Source of the DNA: Candidatus Sulfomarinibacteraceae bacterium
GTDB lineage: Bacteria > Acidobacteriota > Thermoanaerobaculia > Thermoanaerobaculales > Sulfomarinibacteraceae
DNA length: 64,000 nucleotides
NCBI GenBank assembly: GCA_963796455.1
Contig: CAWCLO010000004.1
Location: 1,242,263 to 1,306,262, forward strand
Reading direction: 5' to 3'
This document shows, piece after piece, positions 1 through 9,054 of this stretch. Position numbers and translations under genes: made by a program. How positions within the stretch are numbered: the stretch's first letter is position 1; the number at the start of each line of letters is the position of its first letter. The notes below the pieces were generated by a model. The model searched no databases. It was not told the DNA's origin and worked only from the letters and a program-made list of their open reading frames with translations.

Positions 1-1499
1 AGCTCGTCCGCGATCACATCAGTGGTCTGATCCACGAAAAATCGGCGGCCGTCGATCTCGCCCACTTCGAATCGCCCGAATATCACGACCTGCTGTATCG
101 GGCGCGATCAGATTCCCACGACCGGCCGGTCCAACTCGTGCAGAACCTGGGTGCGCTGCTGCAGCACACACTCACCCTGTCGGCGATGGCTTTGGTACTC
201 ACCCGGTTTGGTTGGTGGGTCCCCCTGATCCTGCTCGTCAGCACCCTGCCGGCGCTCGCTGTGGTCTCCGGAAACGCCATCCGCCACCACCGGTGGTCCC
301 TGAGCAGCACCGCCAACACCCGCCGAAGCTGGTATTACGACTGGCTTTTGTGTACCAGGGAAAGCGCCGCCGAAACGCGAATCTTCGGTCTCGGCCCCGG
401 TTTTTCTTCAGCCTTCCAATCGCTGCGGAAAAAACTCCGAAAGGGACGCTTCGATCTCAGCCTTGGCGAAGCTGTTGCGGAGATCGCCGCCGCGGTTTTC
501 GCGCTCTTGGTGACCGGATCTATGGTGCTGTGGATGGTCATTCGGACCGCTGCCGGAAGCGCGACCCTGGGCGGGTTGGCCATGTTCTTCCAGGCATTTT
601 CCCAGGGCCAGGCTCTCATGAGATCGCTCCTCGAGTCGGTTGGCCAGGTATGGGGAAACACCCTGTTCCTCGACAATCTTTTTCGTTTTCTCGCGATCGA
701 ATCGACAATCACCGACCCCACCAATCCCAAGTCACCCATTTTCGACTCACCGCCCTCGATTCACCTCCGGACCGTTTCATTCTCCTATCCGAATGCGGAA
801 GAAAAGGTCTTTGACGACCTGGATCTCGAGATCGAGGCAGCATCCACCGCCGCATTGCTCGGCGTCAACGGGGCCGGCAAAACAACCCTCTTCAAGTTGT
901 TGTGCCGTTTTTACGATCCCGAGGGTGGCGCCGTGGAAATAGGCGGTATCGATCTGCGCGAAATGGCCGTCGCGGACGCCCGTCGCCAGGTGAGCATTCT
1001 TTTTCAAGAGCCCGTCCACTACTCCGAAACCGTCCGCCGGAGCATCGCACTCGCCGAGCCGAACAAAGACCTCAGCGACGCTTCGATCGAGCGCGCGCTC
1101 GAGATCTCCGGCGCGCGGGAGATCGTGGACCGGATGCCGGACGGTCTCGATTCCATGCTGGGAACCTGGTTTTCCGGCGGGGCCGAACTGTCGGTCGGCG
1201 AGTGGCAGCGCCTCGCCCTTGCCCGAGCCCTCGTGCGCGAGGCTCCCGTCCTCCTGCTCGATGAACCGACCTCGGCCATGGATTCCTGGGCCGAGGCGGA
1301 GTGGAGGCAACGCCTCCGGCAAATGGCCGGCAAAAAGACGGTGCTCGTGATCACCCACCGCTTGACCACCGCCATGCACGCCGACCGTATCTTCATCATG
1401 GATCGAGGCACCATCGTCGAGTCCGGAAGCCATGCAGAGTTGGTCACCGCAGGCGGGAGATACCAGGCGGCGTGGGATGGACAGTTCGGAGAATTGTGA
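1..1499 (+). CDS. ABC exporter, fused permease + ATPase (peptide/RiPP-exporter-like), 5' end outside window
   Basis: Frame open from base 3 (LVRDHISGLIHEK...FESPEYHDLLYRA); TM helices; Walker A GVNGAGKTT; signature LSVGEWQRLALAR; Walker B LLLDEPTS; H-loop ITHR. Confidence 0.9.
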   Translation, partial: LVRDHISGLIHEKSAAVDLAHFESPEYHDLLYRARSDSHDRPVQLVQNLGALLQHTLTLSAMALVLTRFGWWVPLILLVSTLPALAVVSGNAIRHHRWSLSSTANTRRSWYYDWLLCTRESAAETRIFGLGPGFSSAFQSLRKKLRKGRFDLSLGEAVAEIAAAVFALLVTGSMVLWMVIRTAAGSATLGGLAMFFQAFSQGQALMRSLLESVGQVWGNTLFLDNLFRFLAIESTITDPTNPKSPIFDSPPSIHLRTVSFSYPNAEEKVFDDLDLEIEAASTAALLGVNGAGKTTLFKLLCRFYDPEGGAVEIGGIDLREMAVADARRQVSILFQEPVHYSETVRRSIALAEPNKDLSDASIERALEISGAREIVDRMPDGLDSMLGTWFSGGAELSVGEWQRLALARALVREAPVLLLDEPTSAMDSWAEAEWRQRLRQMAGKKTVLVITHRLTTAMHADRIFIMDRGTIVESGSHAELVTAGGRYQAAWDGQFGEL

Positions 1500-1545
1500 A
1501 CTGTGAATTCTGAATTCGGAGTTCGGAGTTCGGAGTTCGGAGTTT
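1494..1545 (+). repeat. Heptamer tandem array (TTCGGAG x4 plus degenerate units) abutting the ABC stop codon
   Basis: ttgtgaactgtgaattctgaattcggagttcggagttcggagttcggagtttt. Confidence 0.9.
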
Positions 1546-1574
1546 TCATGATCCGCTCTCCCCTCTCCGCTTCC

Positions 1575-2160
1575 GGATCGGTATCCACCGCAGCCGTTCG
1601 ATAGCGATAGCTGGCCGCTCACATTCAAGATGTCATCCTGAGCGGAGCGCCTTTGGCGCCCAGTCGAAGGATCTGCGGTTTGATGTCTTTCCGGTCCGTC
1701 TCATAGATCCTTCGACTACACCCCTGTAGGGGCTCCGCTCAGGATGACATCGGGAGGCGACACTCCCATGCAGGAGAAATCTGTACCGGGTGGTTTCCCC
1801 TCTGCCCCTCCGCCCCTCTGCTCCTCAGCGCTGTGGGGTGCGGTTCACCCTTTCACTTTTTCACCTCACCCCTTCAGGACCGGTACCCACCGCAGCCGTT
1901 CGATCAGCGATATTGGCTGGCCGCTGCATTCAAGATGTCATCCTGAGCGGAGCGCCTTGGCGCCCAGTCGAAGGATCTGCGGTTTGATGTCTTTCCGGTC
2001 CGTCTCATAGATCCTTCGACTACACCCCTGTAGGGGCTCCGCTCAGGATGACATCGGGAGGCGACACTCCCATGCAGGAGAAATCGGTACCGGGCGGTTT
2101 ACCCTCTGCTCCTCAGCGCTGTGGGGTACGGTTCTCCCTTTCACCCTTTCACCCCTTCAG
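1575..2160. repeat. Tandem duplication of a ~304-bp unit, each containing a ~123-bp TGTCATCCTGAGC...GCTCAGGATGACA palindromic element (1629-1751, 1934-2055)
   Basis: Near-identical copies of the palindrome and its flanks about 305 bp apart. Confidence 0.9.
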
Positions 2161-2570
2161 GACCGGTACCCACCGCAGCCGTTCGATAGCGATACCGATA
2201 GCGATAGCGATAGCGAGGCTGCCGAGCGATCCTCTGCCCCTCTGCCCTCGCCCCTCTGCCCCTCTGCCATGTACGGAAAAGTTTCCCTGTCGCCCCTTCT
2301 CCCCTGTCCCCTTTCTCCCTTTCTCCCTTTCTCCCTTTCCCCTTTCACCCCTTCAGGACCGGTACCCACCGCAGCCGTTCGATAGCGATACCGATAGCGA
2401 TAGCGATAGCGAGGCTGCCGAGCGGTCCTCTGCCCCTCTGCTCCTCTGCCCCTCTGCCCCTCTGCCATGTACGGAAAAGTTTCCCTGTCGCCCCTTCTCC
2501 CCTGCTCCCTTTCTCCCTTTCTCCCTTTCTCCCTTTCCCCTTTCTCCCTTTCCCCCTTCTCCCCCGCCTC
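2151..2570. repeat. Tandem duplication of a 196-bp unit built from GATAGC hexamers, CCTCTGCC octamers and TTTCTCCC octamers
   Basis: accccttcaggaccggtacccaccgcagccgttcgatagcg at 2151 and 2347. Confidence 0.9.
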
Positions 2571-2573
2571 CTG

Positions 2574-2579
2574 TATACT
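2574..2579 (+). promoter_or_regulatory. Putative -10 box (TATACT) of a leaderless promoter
   Basis: 8 nt upstream of ATG 2588; no Shine-Dalgarno. Confidence 0.55.
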
Positions 2580-2587
2580 CTCGCGCC

Positions 2588-3028
2588 ATGAATCGAGTCT
2601 CCTGGGAACGTTATTTCATGAACCTCGCGGTGCAGGCCGCGACGCGGTCAACCTGTCCCCGCAAACACGTGGGCGCCATCATCGTCCGCGACAAGACGGT
2701 TCTGTCAACCGGGTACAACGGTTCGATCCGCGGAGCTCCACACTGCACCGAAGTGGGGTGCCTCATGGACAACGACCATTGCGTCCGGACCGTCCACGCC
2801 GAAGCCAACGCCCTGGTCCAGGCGGCGTGCCATGGCATCGCTTTACGGGACGCCCAGATTTATGTCACCGCGTCGCCCTGTTTCAACTGTTTCAAGCTGA
2901 TCGTCAACTCCGGGATTCGCGTCGTTTCCTTCGGCGAGTTCTATCGCGATGAACGGGTGCTCCAATTTGCCGACGAGCTGGGCATCGAAATGAACCATCT
3001 CGGACTCGAAGATCTCAGCCCTGAGTGA
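2588..3028 (+). CDS. dCMP deaminase (ComEB/deoxycytidylate deaminase family)
   Basis: MNRVSWERYFM...RSTC...GYNG; zinc motifs HAEANA and SPCFNC; the ORF extension to 2048 is translated repeat DNA. Confidence 0.9.
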   Translation: MNRVSWERYFMNLAVQAATRSTCPRKHVGAIIVRDKTVLSTGYNGSIRGAPHCTEVGCLMDNDHCVRTVHAEANALVQAACHGIALRDAQIYVTASPCFNCFKLIVNSGIRVVSFGEFYRDERVLQFADELGIEMNHLGLEDLSPE

Positions 3029-3612
3029 TGATCGACGTCGATTTCAATCAGGTCTCGATTCCTCTGGACGGTCAGGAGCTCTTCGGGCGCGACGCACCGA
3101 TCGACGTGGAGATCGGCTCCGGCAAGGGGAAGTTCCTCAACGAGCTGGCTACCACGCATCCCGACCGGAATGTCCTCGCGGTTGAAAGATCGGCCAAATA
3201 TCACCGGCTCTGCTGCGACAGGTCCGCCCGCCGTGGTCTGAGTAACGTGAGGCTGTTGCGAACCACCGGTGAAGACCTCCTCTATCGTTTGCTCGGGCCC
3301 GGGTCCGTCGAGAATATCTTTGTCCTCTTCCCCGATCCTTGGCCGAAAAAGCGACACCACAAACGACGGTTCATCCGGCCTGAAGTGGTTGCCGCGATAG
3401 GCCGCGCGCTGGTGCCGTCGGGCCGATTGCTGGTCAAGAGCGACCACCCGGCCTACGCCGAGGTCATCGGCGAGGTGCTTGCCGGTGCCGAGGGTTTTCG
3501 CACTCTGGATGTGGCGGCTGCCTTTGCCGAGTTGCCGGTCACCGGATTCGAGACCAAGTACCTCGCCGAAGGCCGGCCGATCTTCGCCTGGGCTCTTGAA
3601 CGAATCGACTGA
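3025..3612 (+). CDS. trmB: tRNA (guanine-N7)-methyltransferase
   Basis: EIGSGKG SAM-binding motif; FPDPWPKKRHHKRR signature; T.FE.KY C-terminus. Confidence 0.93.
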   Translation: MMIDVDFNQVSIPLDGQELFGRDAPIDVEIGSGKGKFLNELATTHPDRNVLAVERSAKYHRLCCDRSARRGLSNVRLLRTTGEDLLYRLLGPGSVENIFVLFPDPWPKKRHHKRRFIRPEVVAAIGRALVPSGRLLVKSDHPAYAEVIGEVLAGAEGFRTLDVAAAFAELPVTGFETKYLAEGRPIFAWALERID

Positions 3613-3624
3613 TACATCCGTTTC

Positions 3625-3862
3625 GGAGAAACCGCAGATAGCGCAGATCGACGCAGATAGAAATGAATCGGTGGACGATTCAAAAAGACCGAGTTCTCCG
3701 AAACATCGCCTCATGTTGCTCCTAGCGGAGCTGTCCTCAAAGGCTGTTTCGATCCTTCAAATGACCGGTCCGATATCTGCGCTCATCTGCGTGATCTGCG
3801 GTTTCTCCGGAGATGAGTATCCCGGCCGAAATCCGAATTCCGAATTCCCGAATCCGAAATCC
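3625..3862. mobile_element. MITE-like element: inverted 9-mer arrays (CGCAGATNN x3 / NNATCTGCG x3) + linker + heptamer array
   Basis: ggagaaaccgcagatagcgcagatcgacgcagat ... atctgcgctcatctgcgtgatctgcggtttctcc; an inverted, internally shorter copy is at 33379-33572. Confidence 0.65.
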
Positions 3863-5239
3863 TCAGCCGCTGCTCTCTCCCTCCACCGTTGTCCCGTCGG
3901 AGAGAGTCAGATGCCATTGCAGCCGGACCCGGCTTCGACCAGACGGCACCCGGATGGAGCCGCTCACGACTTCTTCTCCAGGCGCCAGATAGACCTCGAA
4001 GAAGCGAGCGGCGTTGACTCGATTGAGGTTGCCCTGTTCCCATTTTGAATGGTTGAAGGTGCCTAGATCGATCCGCTCGAACGAACCCTTGCTGTCCGCC
4101 ACGATCCAACCTTCATCGACCGAAATCTGGATCCAATTGCCGAAGTTTGCAACTGCGGATGCAAAGGGGCTCGAGTTGGTCAATCGGATCCGCATGGTCC
4201 GACCGTTGCGATCCAAACGCACCTGAATATCAGGTTCGGGGCCGAATCCTTCGAGATAGTGAAGAAGGGTCTCCTGCGGCAAACCCAGCCCGAGATCATC
4301 CGGTGGCAGCACGACCAGGTCCCAACCCGCAACCTCGGGCAAAACGAGGCGATGGATCTCCTGCAACGACTGGTTCAATTTCGCGGCGTCCATCCATCGA
4401 ACCGCGACGGAGTCCCCCTTCTGCCAACGCTTGCCGCTCCACGTCGCCGGTTTTTCAAAGTTGAAGGACCGATCGAGTGGCGAGGTCGTGGAGACGGTCG
4501 TCACCTGCCCCTCCGTCAAGGGATCCAGGTCTTCGAGCGCCGTATTCAATTCGGGAAGCGTCCTTGGTCCGATAACCACCGCCGGCCGTACCCGCACATC
4601 CGAGTCGGCGATCGGCGCCAGCTTTTCTGCCAATGCAAGCGGGCCGAGCTCCCGGACACCACGAAGATCGGCTTCGTCGGTTCCAAATGAGGGCACGATG
4701 CACACCCGCGCAGCCTCGGCCACAAGACGCCCCTGCTCGGTCTGCAGTTGTTCGAAACTCAGAATCGGAACAACCGCAACCCCTGAGGCCTCTGTCAGGG
4801 AGACGATGAAGCCGTCGATTCCTTCAACCAGGTGCGGAAAATCCAGAATGATCTCTGCCGGGATAAAGCTCCCGAATTCCGCCGCCAAACCCCTCCACAC
4901 CGCCTCGGCATCAGCCGAGTCGAGATCGGGTCGAACGCCTTCGACCTCGAGCGCTACGGCAAGAGGGATCGCACCCTCCACCGCCACTGCCGGGAGCAGC
5001 CGGAGCACCGGGGCGCGACCTCCGAGGTCGATGCTCCCGCGGCGGATGACGACCTGGTCGACACCAGCGTTCTTCAGCTTCGCCGCCGTGTCGCCGTCAA
5101 GCCCGGTGGAACCGAGCCACATCACCAGACGCCGCGGCGACGGCGCGACCTCCTGAAATGTCGGATGGTCTCCTCCGCAACCGAACAGACCGGTGAGCAA
5201 AAAAACCGCGGTGATGGATTTCAGGAAATGCACCCTCAT
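3863..5239 (-). CDS. Hypothetical lipoprotein
   Basis: Start MRVHFLKSITAVFLLTGLFGC (lipobox); ATGA overlap with the kinase stop codon. Confidence 0.75.
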   Translation of the reverse strand: MRVHFLKSITAVFLLTGLFGCGGDHPTFQEVAPSPRRLVMWLGSTGLDGDTAAKLKNAGVDQVVIRRGSIDLGGRAPVLRLLPAVAVEGAIPLAVALEVEGVRPDLDSADAEAVWRGLAAEFGSFIPAEIILDFPHLVEGIDGFIVSLTEASGVAVVPILSFEQLQTEQGRLVAEAARVCIVPSFGTDEADLRGVRELGPLALAEKLAPIADSDVRVRPAVVIGPRTLPELNTALEDLDPLTEGQVTTVSTTSPLDRSFNFEKPATWSGKRWQKGDSVAVRWMDAAKLNQSLQEIHRLVLPEVAGWDLVVLPPDDLGLGLPQETLLHYLEGFGPEPDIQVRLDRNGRTMRIRLTNSSPFASAVANFGNWIQISVDEGWIVADSKGSFERIDLGTFNHSKWEQGNLNRVNAARFFEVYLAPGEEVVSGSIRVPSGRSRVRLQWHLTLSDGTTVEGESSG

Positions 5240-8200
5240 GGTTTCATCGTAACAAACAGATCGGTTTCTTCGGGAGAGGAGGGAAACTCGAGGCGGACTC
5301 TGAGGCCTCGCTCGCCATTGGCCGCCTGAACGCGGCCCTGGCACCGGGTCACCACCTGAAGTACCAGAGCGAGACCGAGACCGCTGCCCGAGGAGGTCGT
5401 AGAAAAGTGTGGCACGAAAAGCTCGGTAAGCTGACTCTCGGGCACACCTCCAGCGGTGTCTTCCACTTCCAACACGACCATGTCGCGCTGGCACGACAAA
5501 CGGATCATCACCTCTCCGGTGCCACCACCCAGGGCCTGCACACTGTTTTGCACCAGATTCGAGATCGCGCGTTCGACCCACCGTCGGTCGGCGGTAATGG
5601 CGGGAGGTTTGGGCGAGCTGATCTCCCGCTTGAACCGAATGCCGCTTCGTTCGAGAATCTCGGACCCGCTTGGAATCAAGGCGACGATTCGAGCAAGATC
5701 CACGGGCTCCGGCTCCCACTTTTCCAGTGCGACAAGATTCGAAAATGAGTTGGCGGTCTCACGCAGTCGATCGACCTGAATCCCGATTTCGCGACAGGCT
5801 TCGTCGAGCAACTGCGGCAATGAAGGATCCTGTTTTTCGGCCGCCGCCTGAAGCTCCTGGACCCACAATCGGATCGGGGTCAAGGGGTTTTTGACTTCGT
5901 GAGCAACGATTCGGGCCATCTGATTGAGTTGCCGCACCCGGTCGGCGCTGACCAGTTCCGTCACGTCGTCAACCACTGCGACCAGCCCGCGGGCCCCGTC
6001 GGCAAACGGCACACCTGCGACGCTGATTCGCCAGGTCAACTCCCGTCCCGGTACGGGTTGCACAGTTGCGGCTGCGGATCCTCCGACGGAGGCGGTTTCA
6101 ACGACAGCATCGACCTGGCGACGGAAGAGCTCGCCAAATTCGTCGCGAAGCCTTTCCGCACTCGGGTTGCTATAGCGTTCCCCGCCCTCCGGTCCAAGAA
6201 CAACCACCGCGGGCTCGAGGGTTCTCAGGGTGATCCTGAGCATTTCTTCCTGCAGACGCAGATTTTTCTCGCGGCGCTGGACCTGTTCGTTCATCGAGCC
6301 GACGGCGTCGAGAACCTCCGCCAGATCGGTTTCACGGGGACGCGGCAAGGGTCCCACCGGTTCACCATCGACGAGTTTTCGCGACAGGATAACGAGCTCT
6401 CGAAGCGAAGAGCTCAGTCGCCGTTCGATCCGATTGGTGAGAACCAACGCAGCGAGAGCAGATAGGAGCGCACCGGTGAGGAGCCAGTCGGCAGCGCCCA
6501 GGTCGCTGCCGGCCCGTTTGGGCACGGAGCGATACATATGAAGGAGGAGGCGCATTCCCTGCATCTCGACCGGCCCGGCAACAACCAGACGTTCACCCGA
6601 CCTCATGACCACCGGTTCGTCCCGACCAAGCAGGTACGGTGGGTAGGCCTCCGCCTGCGGCAACTGGGGCAACGCGCCGGTGCTCACCAGATCCGGCCGC
6701 GAGGCGGCCAGGAGGCGGGTTCCCTCCCACAAAGCAACCTCGCCTCCCCATCCCGCAGCGATCCAACGGGCGAGTTCGTCATCGATGGCAAAGCTGCCGC
6801 CGAGGTGGACCGCGGTATAACGCGCCGCTTTGAGCGCCTCGAGACCCCGATCGCTCACGATCTGATCTTCCTGCGTCGTGATGCGCTGGTGGAGCACCAT
6901 GGTGAGAATGGCGAGGGGCACCACAACCCCGCCGGCCACCAACAAACGCAGACGTCCGCCAAAGGTGGAGAAATCCTGCGCTCTGAGCAACGGGGGCATC
7001 GCCAGAACCGTGCCGAGCACAGCCCACAGAAGAGCAAGCGCCGTTCGGACCAACCAATCCGAGAGGGAGGGCTGATTCGTGACGGCTGCAACCAGCCACT
7101 CACCGTTGCGATCCACCCGCGTAAGTCTCCGTTCGTTTCCGACATCGATTCTGGTCCAGCCGCCCCCTTCATGAAAGAGTTCACCCGCCGTCTCGGTATC
7201 GAGGGCCCGGATTTCCCGGTGGACACTGGCCGCGATCTCCCCGGAGCGGGTCAGAACTGCGGACCAGACCTCCCTTTCGTGGGCGTCTTCGAGGGGCAGG
7301 CCCGACTGCCAGTCGCGCAGCCAACCCCACGGTTCGGCCGCAACAAGAAGCTCGAGCCGGTGGCCCTCGAGCTCGTCAACCTGCCATTCACGAACCAGCC
7401 GAATGGACTCACCGGCCGGCATCAGATCGCCCCAACGACTGACTTCGTAGCCCTCATCGTCGAGGAGCCTCAACTCCGATGGAGTTTGCCATTGGTCCAG
7501 GTGCCAACGTCGCGCCAGAACTGCCGTGAGATCAAACAAATTAGTATCGGCGCTGTCGGCGGGCATGAGCCGGTCGGCAAGCAGCGGGCCGCGCGGCAGG
7601 GCGACCCTGCGCGCCAAGGAACCATTGTCATCAAGATCAACCGGTACCCGGACCATCCCAAGGAAGAGACCGAGCCCGGCCAATACACCCGCCGCAGCAA
7701 GCCTTCTACCGAGCACGAAGTTCGATCGATTCAACCCCGGCCAGCCAACCAGCAGCCAGGCCAGAGCGATCATCCATACTCCACCCCAGCCCGCACGACC
7801 GAGATGTTCAGGGAGCCAGGTGAAGCGCTCGACAGGATCTCCGAAAACGGCCGCTGCCGAGGCGGCCGCAAAGGCTCCGATCACCAGCGTTCTCGACCAT
7901 CGAGGTTCGAGAATCCTCGCCAACCGGCTGATCGCCGCCGCGACGAGAAGCACCGCGATTGCCGCCGCCAGATCTGATGGCGGACCATCCGCGGCGAGCA
8001 ATGACCCGGTTCCGACAATGGTCACCAACCAGGCGATTCGGGCCTCGAGCGAGATCGCAAGAACAGCCGCTACCAGCCATGAGATCCAGCGAAAGCTCGC
8101 CGACGCGCCGGCACCTTCACGGAGACTCGCGACAGCCACGCCGACACCGGGACTCGATTCGGCGCGGATCATCGTTGCAACCGGCCAGGTCCCACCGATC

Positions 8201-8859
8201 CCGAGATGATGGCCCCTCGAAGCCGTCATCCCCCAGACCGTGGATCCGGCCAATGAGCTGTGGTCCGAAACCACCACCGCTCCGATCAGGCGCCCTTCAA
8301 CCAGCATGGGCTCGCGAAGCCAGAGGTCGGCGCCACCGAGAGACCATGCGATGCCCCATTGCCGTTGCCCAAGTGGCCGCACATTATGTGGGAATGATTG
8401 CCCGGAACCGCCCCAGGCCACCACTGCGCCACGATCATCAATCAGAAAAATGGTTCTGCCATCGATGCCGCCTGCCACCCCATGCAGGGTTTCGAACGGG
8501 AGTGCTGGATCGATTGCTTCGCCCGTCGCACCGAGCAGACGCAGTAGCATCGGGTCGGCGGCCAGGCCCTCGCCGACGGCAAGCATTCCCCTGCTGTGAT
8601 TTTCGAGTTGCCGAGCCAGGCGTTCGGCCGGGGGATCTTCCGCCGCCGGCCAGAGTGCACCCAACAATGCGATCGCAACCGGCACCCATGGCAACCAACT
8701 CAGCCTTCGCGGTCGGGCCAGCGCCAGCAAACCGGCGCAGAGCACGATGATTGCCCAGGCCGCAGGTTCCCAACCGGGCCACGGCCCGCAGACAACCAGC
8801 GCCACGAGCGCCAGCAACCAGGACTTCAGAGATCCGGATTGTTCCGGTGTTTCTTTCAC
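5236..8859 (-). CDS. Large membrane-bound sensor histidine kinase (NtrY/KinB-like; HAMP, HisKA, HATPase)
   Basis: H-box AHEVKNPLTPI; N-box NLVQNS; G boxes DTAGG, FSTTSSGSGLGL; many TM segments; GTG 8859 chosen because TATACT lies 7 nt upstream. Confidence 0.88.
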   Translation of the reverse strand: MKETPEQSGSLKSWLLALVALVVCGPWPGWEPAAWAIIVLCAGLLALARPRRLSWLPWVPVAIALLGALWPAAEDPPAERLARQLENHSRGMLAVGEGLAADPMLLRLLGATGEAIDPALPFETLHGVAGGIDGRTIFLIDDRGAVVAWGGSGQSFPHNVRPLGQRQWGIAWSLGGADLWLREPMLVEGRLIGAVVVSDHSSLAGSTVWGMTASRGHHLGIGGTWPVATMIRAESSPGVGVAVASLREGAGASASFRWISWLVAAVLAISLEARIAWLVTIVGTGSLLAADGPPSDLAAAIAVLLVAAAISRLARILEPRWSRTLVIGAFAAASAAAVFGDPVERFTWLPEHLGRAGWGGVWMIALAWLLVGWPGLNRSNFVLGRRLAAAGVLAGLGLFLGMVRVPVDLDDNGSLARRVALPRGPLLADRLMPADSADTNLFDLTAVLARRWHLDQWQTPSELRLLDDEGYEVSRWGDLMPAGESIRLVREWQVDELEGHRLELLVAAEPWGWLRDWQSGLPLEDAHEREVWSAVLTRSGEIAASVHREIRALDTETAGELFHEGGGWTRIDVGNERRLTRVDRNGEWLVAAVTNQPSLSDWLVRTALALLWAVLGTVLAMPPLLRAQDFSTFGGRLRLLVAGGVVVPLAILTMVLHQRITTQEDQIVSDRGLEALKAARYTAVHLGGSFAIDDELARWIAAGWGGEVALWEGTRLLAASRPDLVSTGALPQLPQAEAYPPYLLGRDEPVVMRSGERLVVAGPVEMQGMRLLLHMYRSVPKRAGSDLGAADWLLTGALLSALAALVLTNRIERRLSSSLRELVILSRKLVDGEPVGPLPRPRETDLAEVLDAVGSMNEQVQRREKNLRLQEEMLRITLRTLEPAVVVLGPEGGERYSNPSAERLRDEFGELFRRQVDAVVETASVGGSAAATVQPVPGRELTWRISVAGVPFADGARGLVAVVDDVTELVSADRVRQLNQMARIVAHEVKNPLTPIRLWVQELQAAAEKQDPSLPQLLDEACREIGIQVDRLRETANSFSNLVALEKWEPEPVDLARIVALIPSGSEILERSGIRFKREISSPKPPAITADRRWVERAISNLVQNSVQALGGGTGEVMIRLSCQRDMVVLEVEDTAGGVPESQLTELFVPHFSTTSSGSGLGLALVLQVVTRCQGRVQAANGERGLRVRLEFPSSPEETDLFVTMKP

Positions 8860-8961
8860 TGTGGTGAGTATATCTCTGGCAGCAATTCTCAGCAGAACGA
8901 CCCGCGGTGGAATGTCGATTCCCAAACGTCGGTGATCCACCTGACCGATGGTTGCGATGAC

Positions 8962-9051
8962 ATTCCTAATTCCGAAATCCTAATTCCGAAATCCGAAATC
9001 CGAATTCCGAAATCCTAATTCCGAACTCCTGAACTCCGAACTCCGAACTCA
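8962..9051 (-). repeat. Heptamer array (about 12 units TTCGGAG/TTCGGAA/TTCGGAT/TTAGGAW on the minus strand) directly after the aminopeptidase stop
   Basis: attcctaattccgaaatcctaattccgaaatccgaaatccg...aactccgaactccgaactc. Confidence 0.9.
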
Positions 9052-9054
9052 TGA

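Noticed and set aside
2048..2587. Low-complexity N-terminal extensions (dCMP deaminase; also glgP 46474, malQ 46295) and small ORFs such as VILSE/DPST/SEFGIRN peptides
   Set aside because: These are translations of intergenic repeats; family homology begins at downstream starts with promoter or RBS support.
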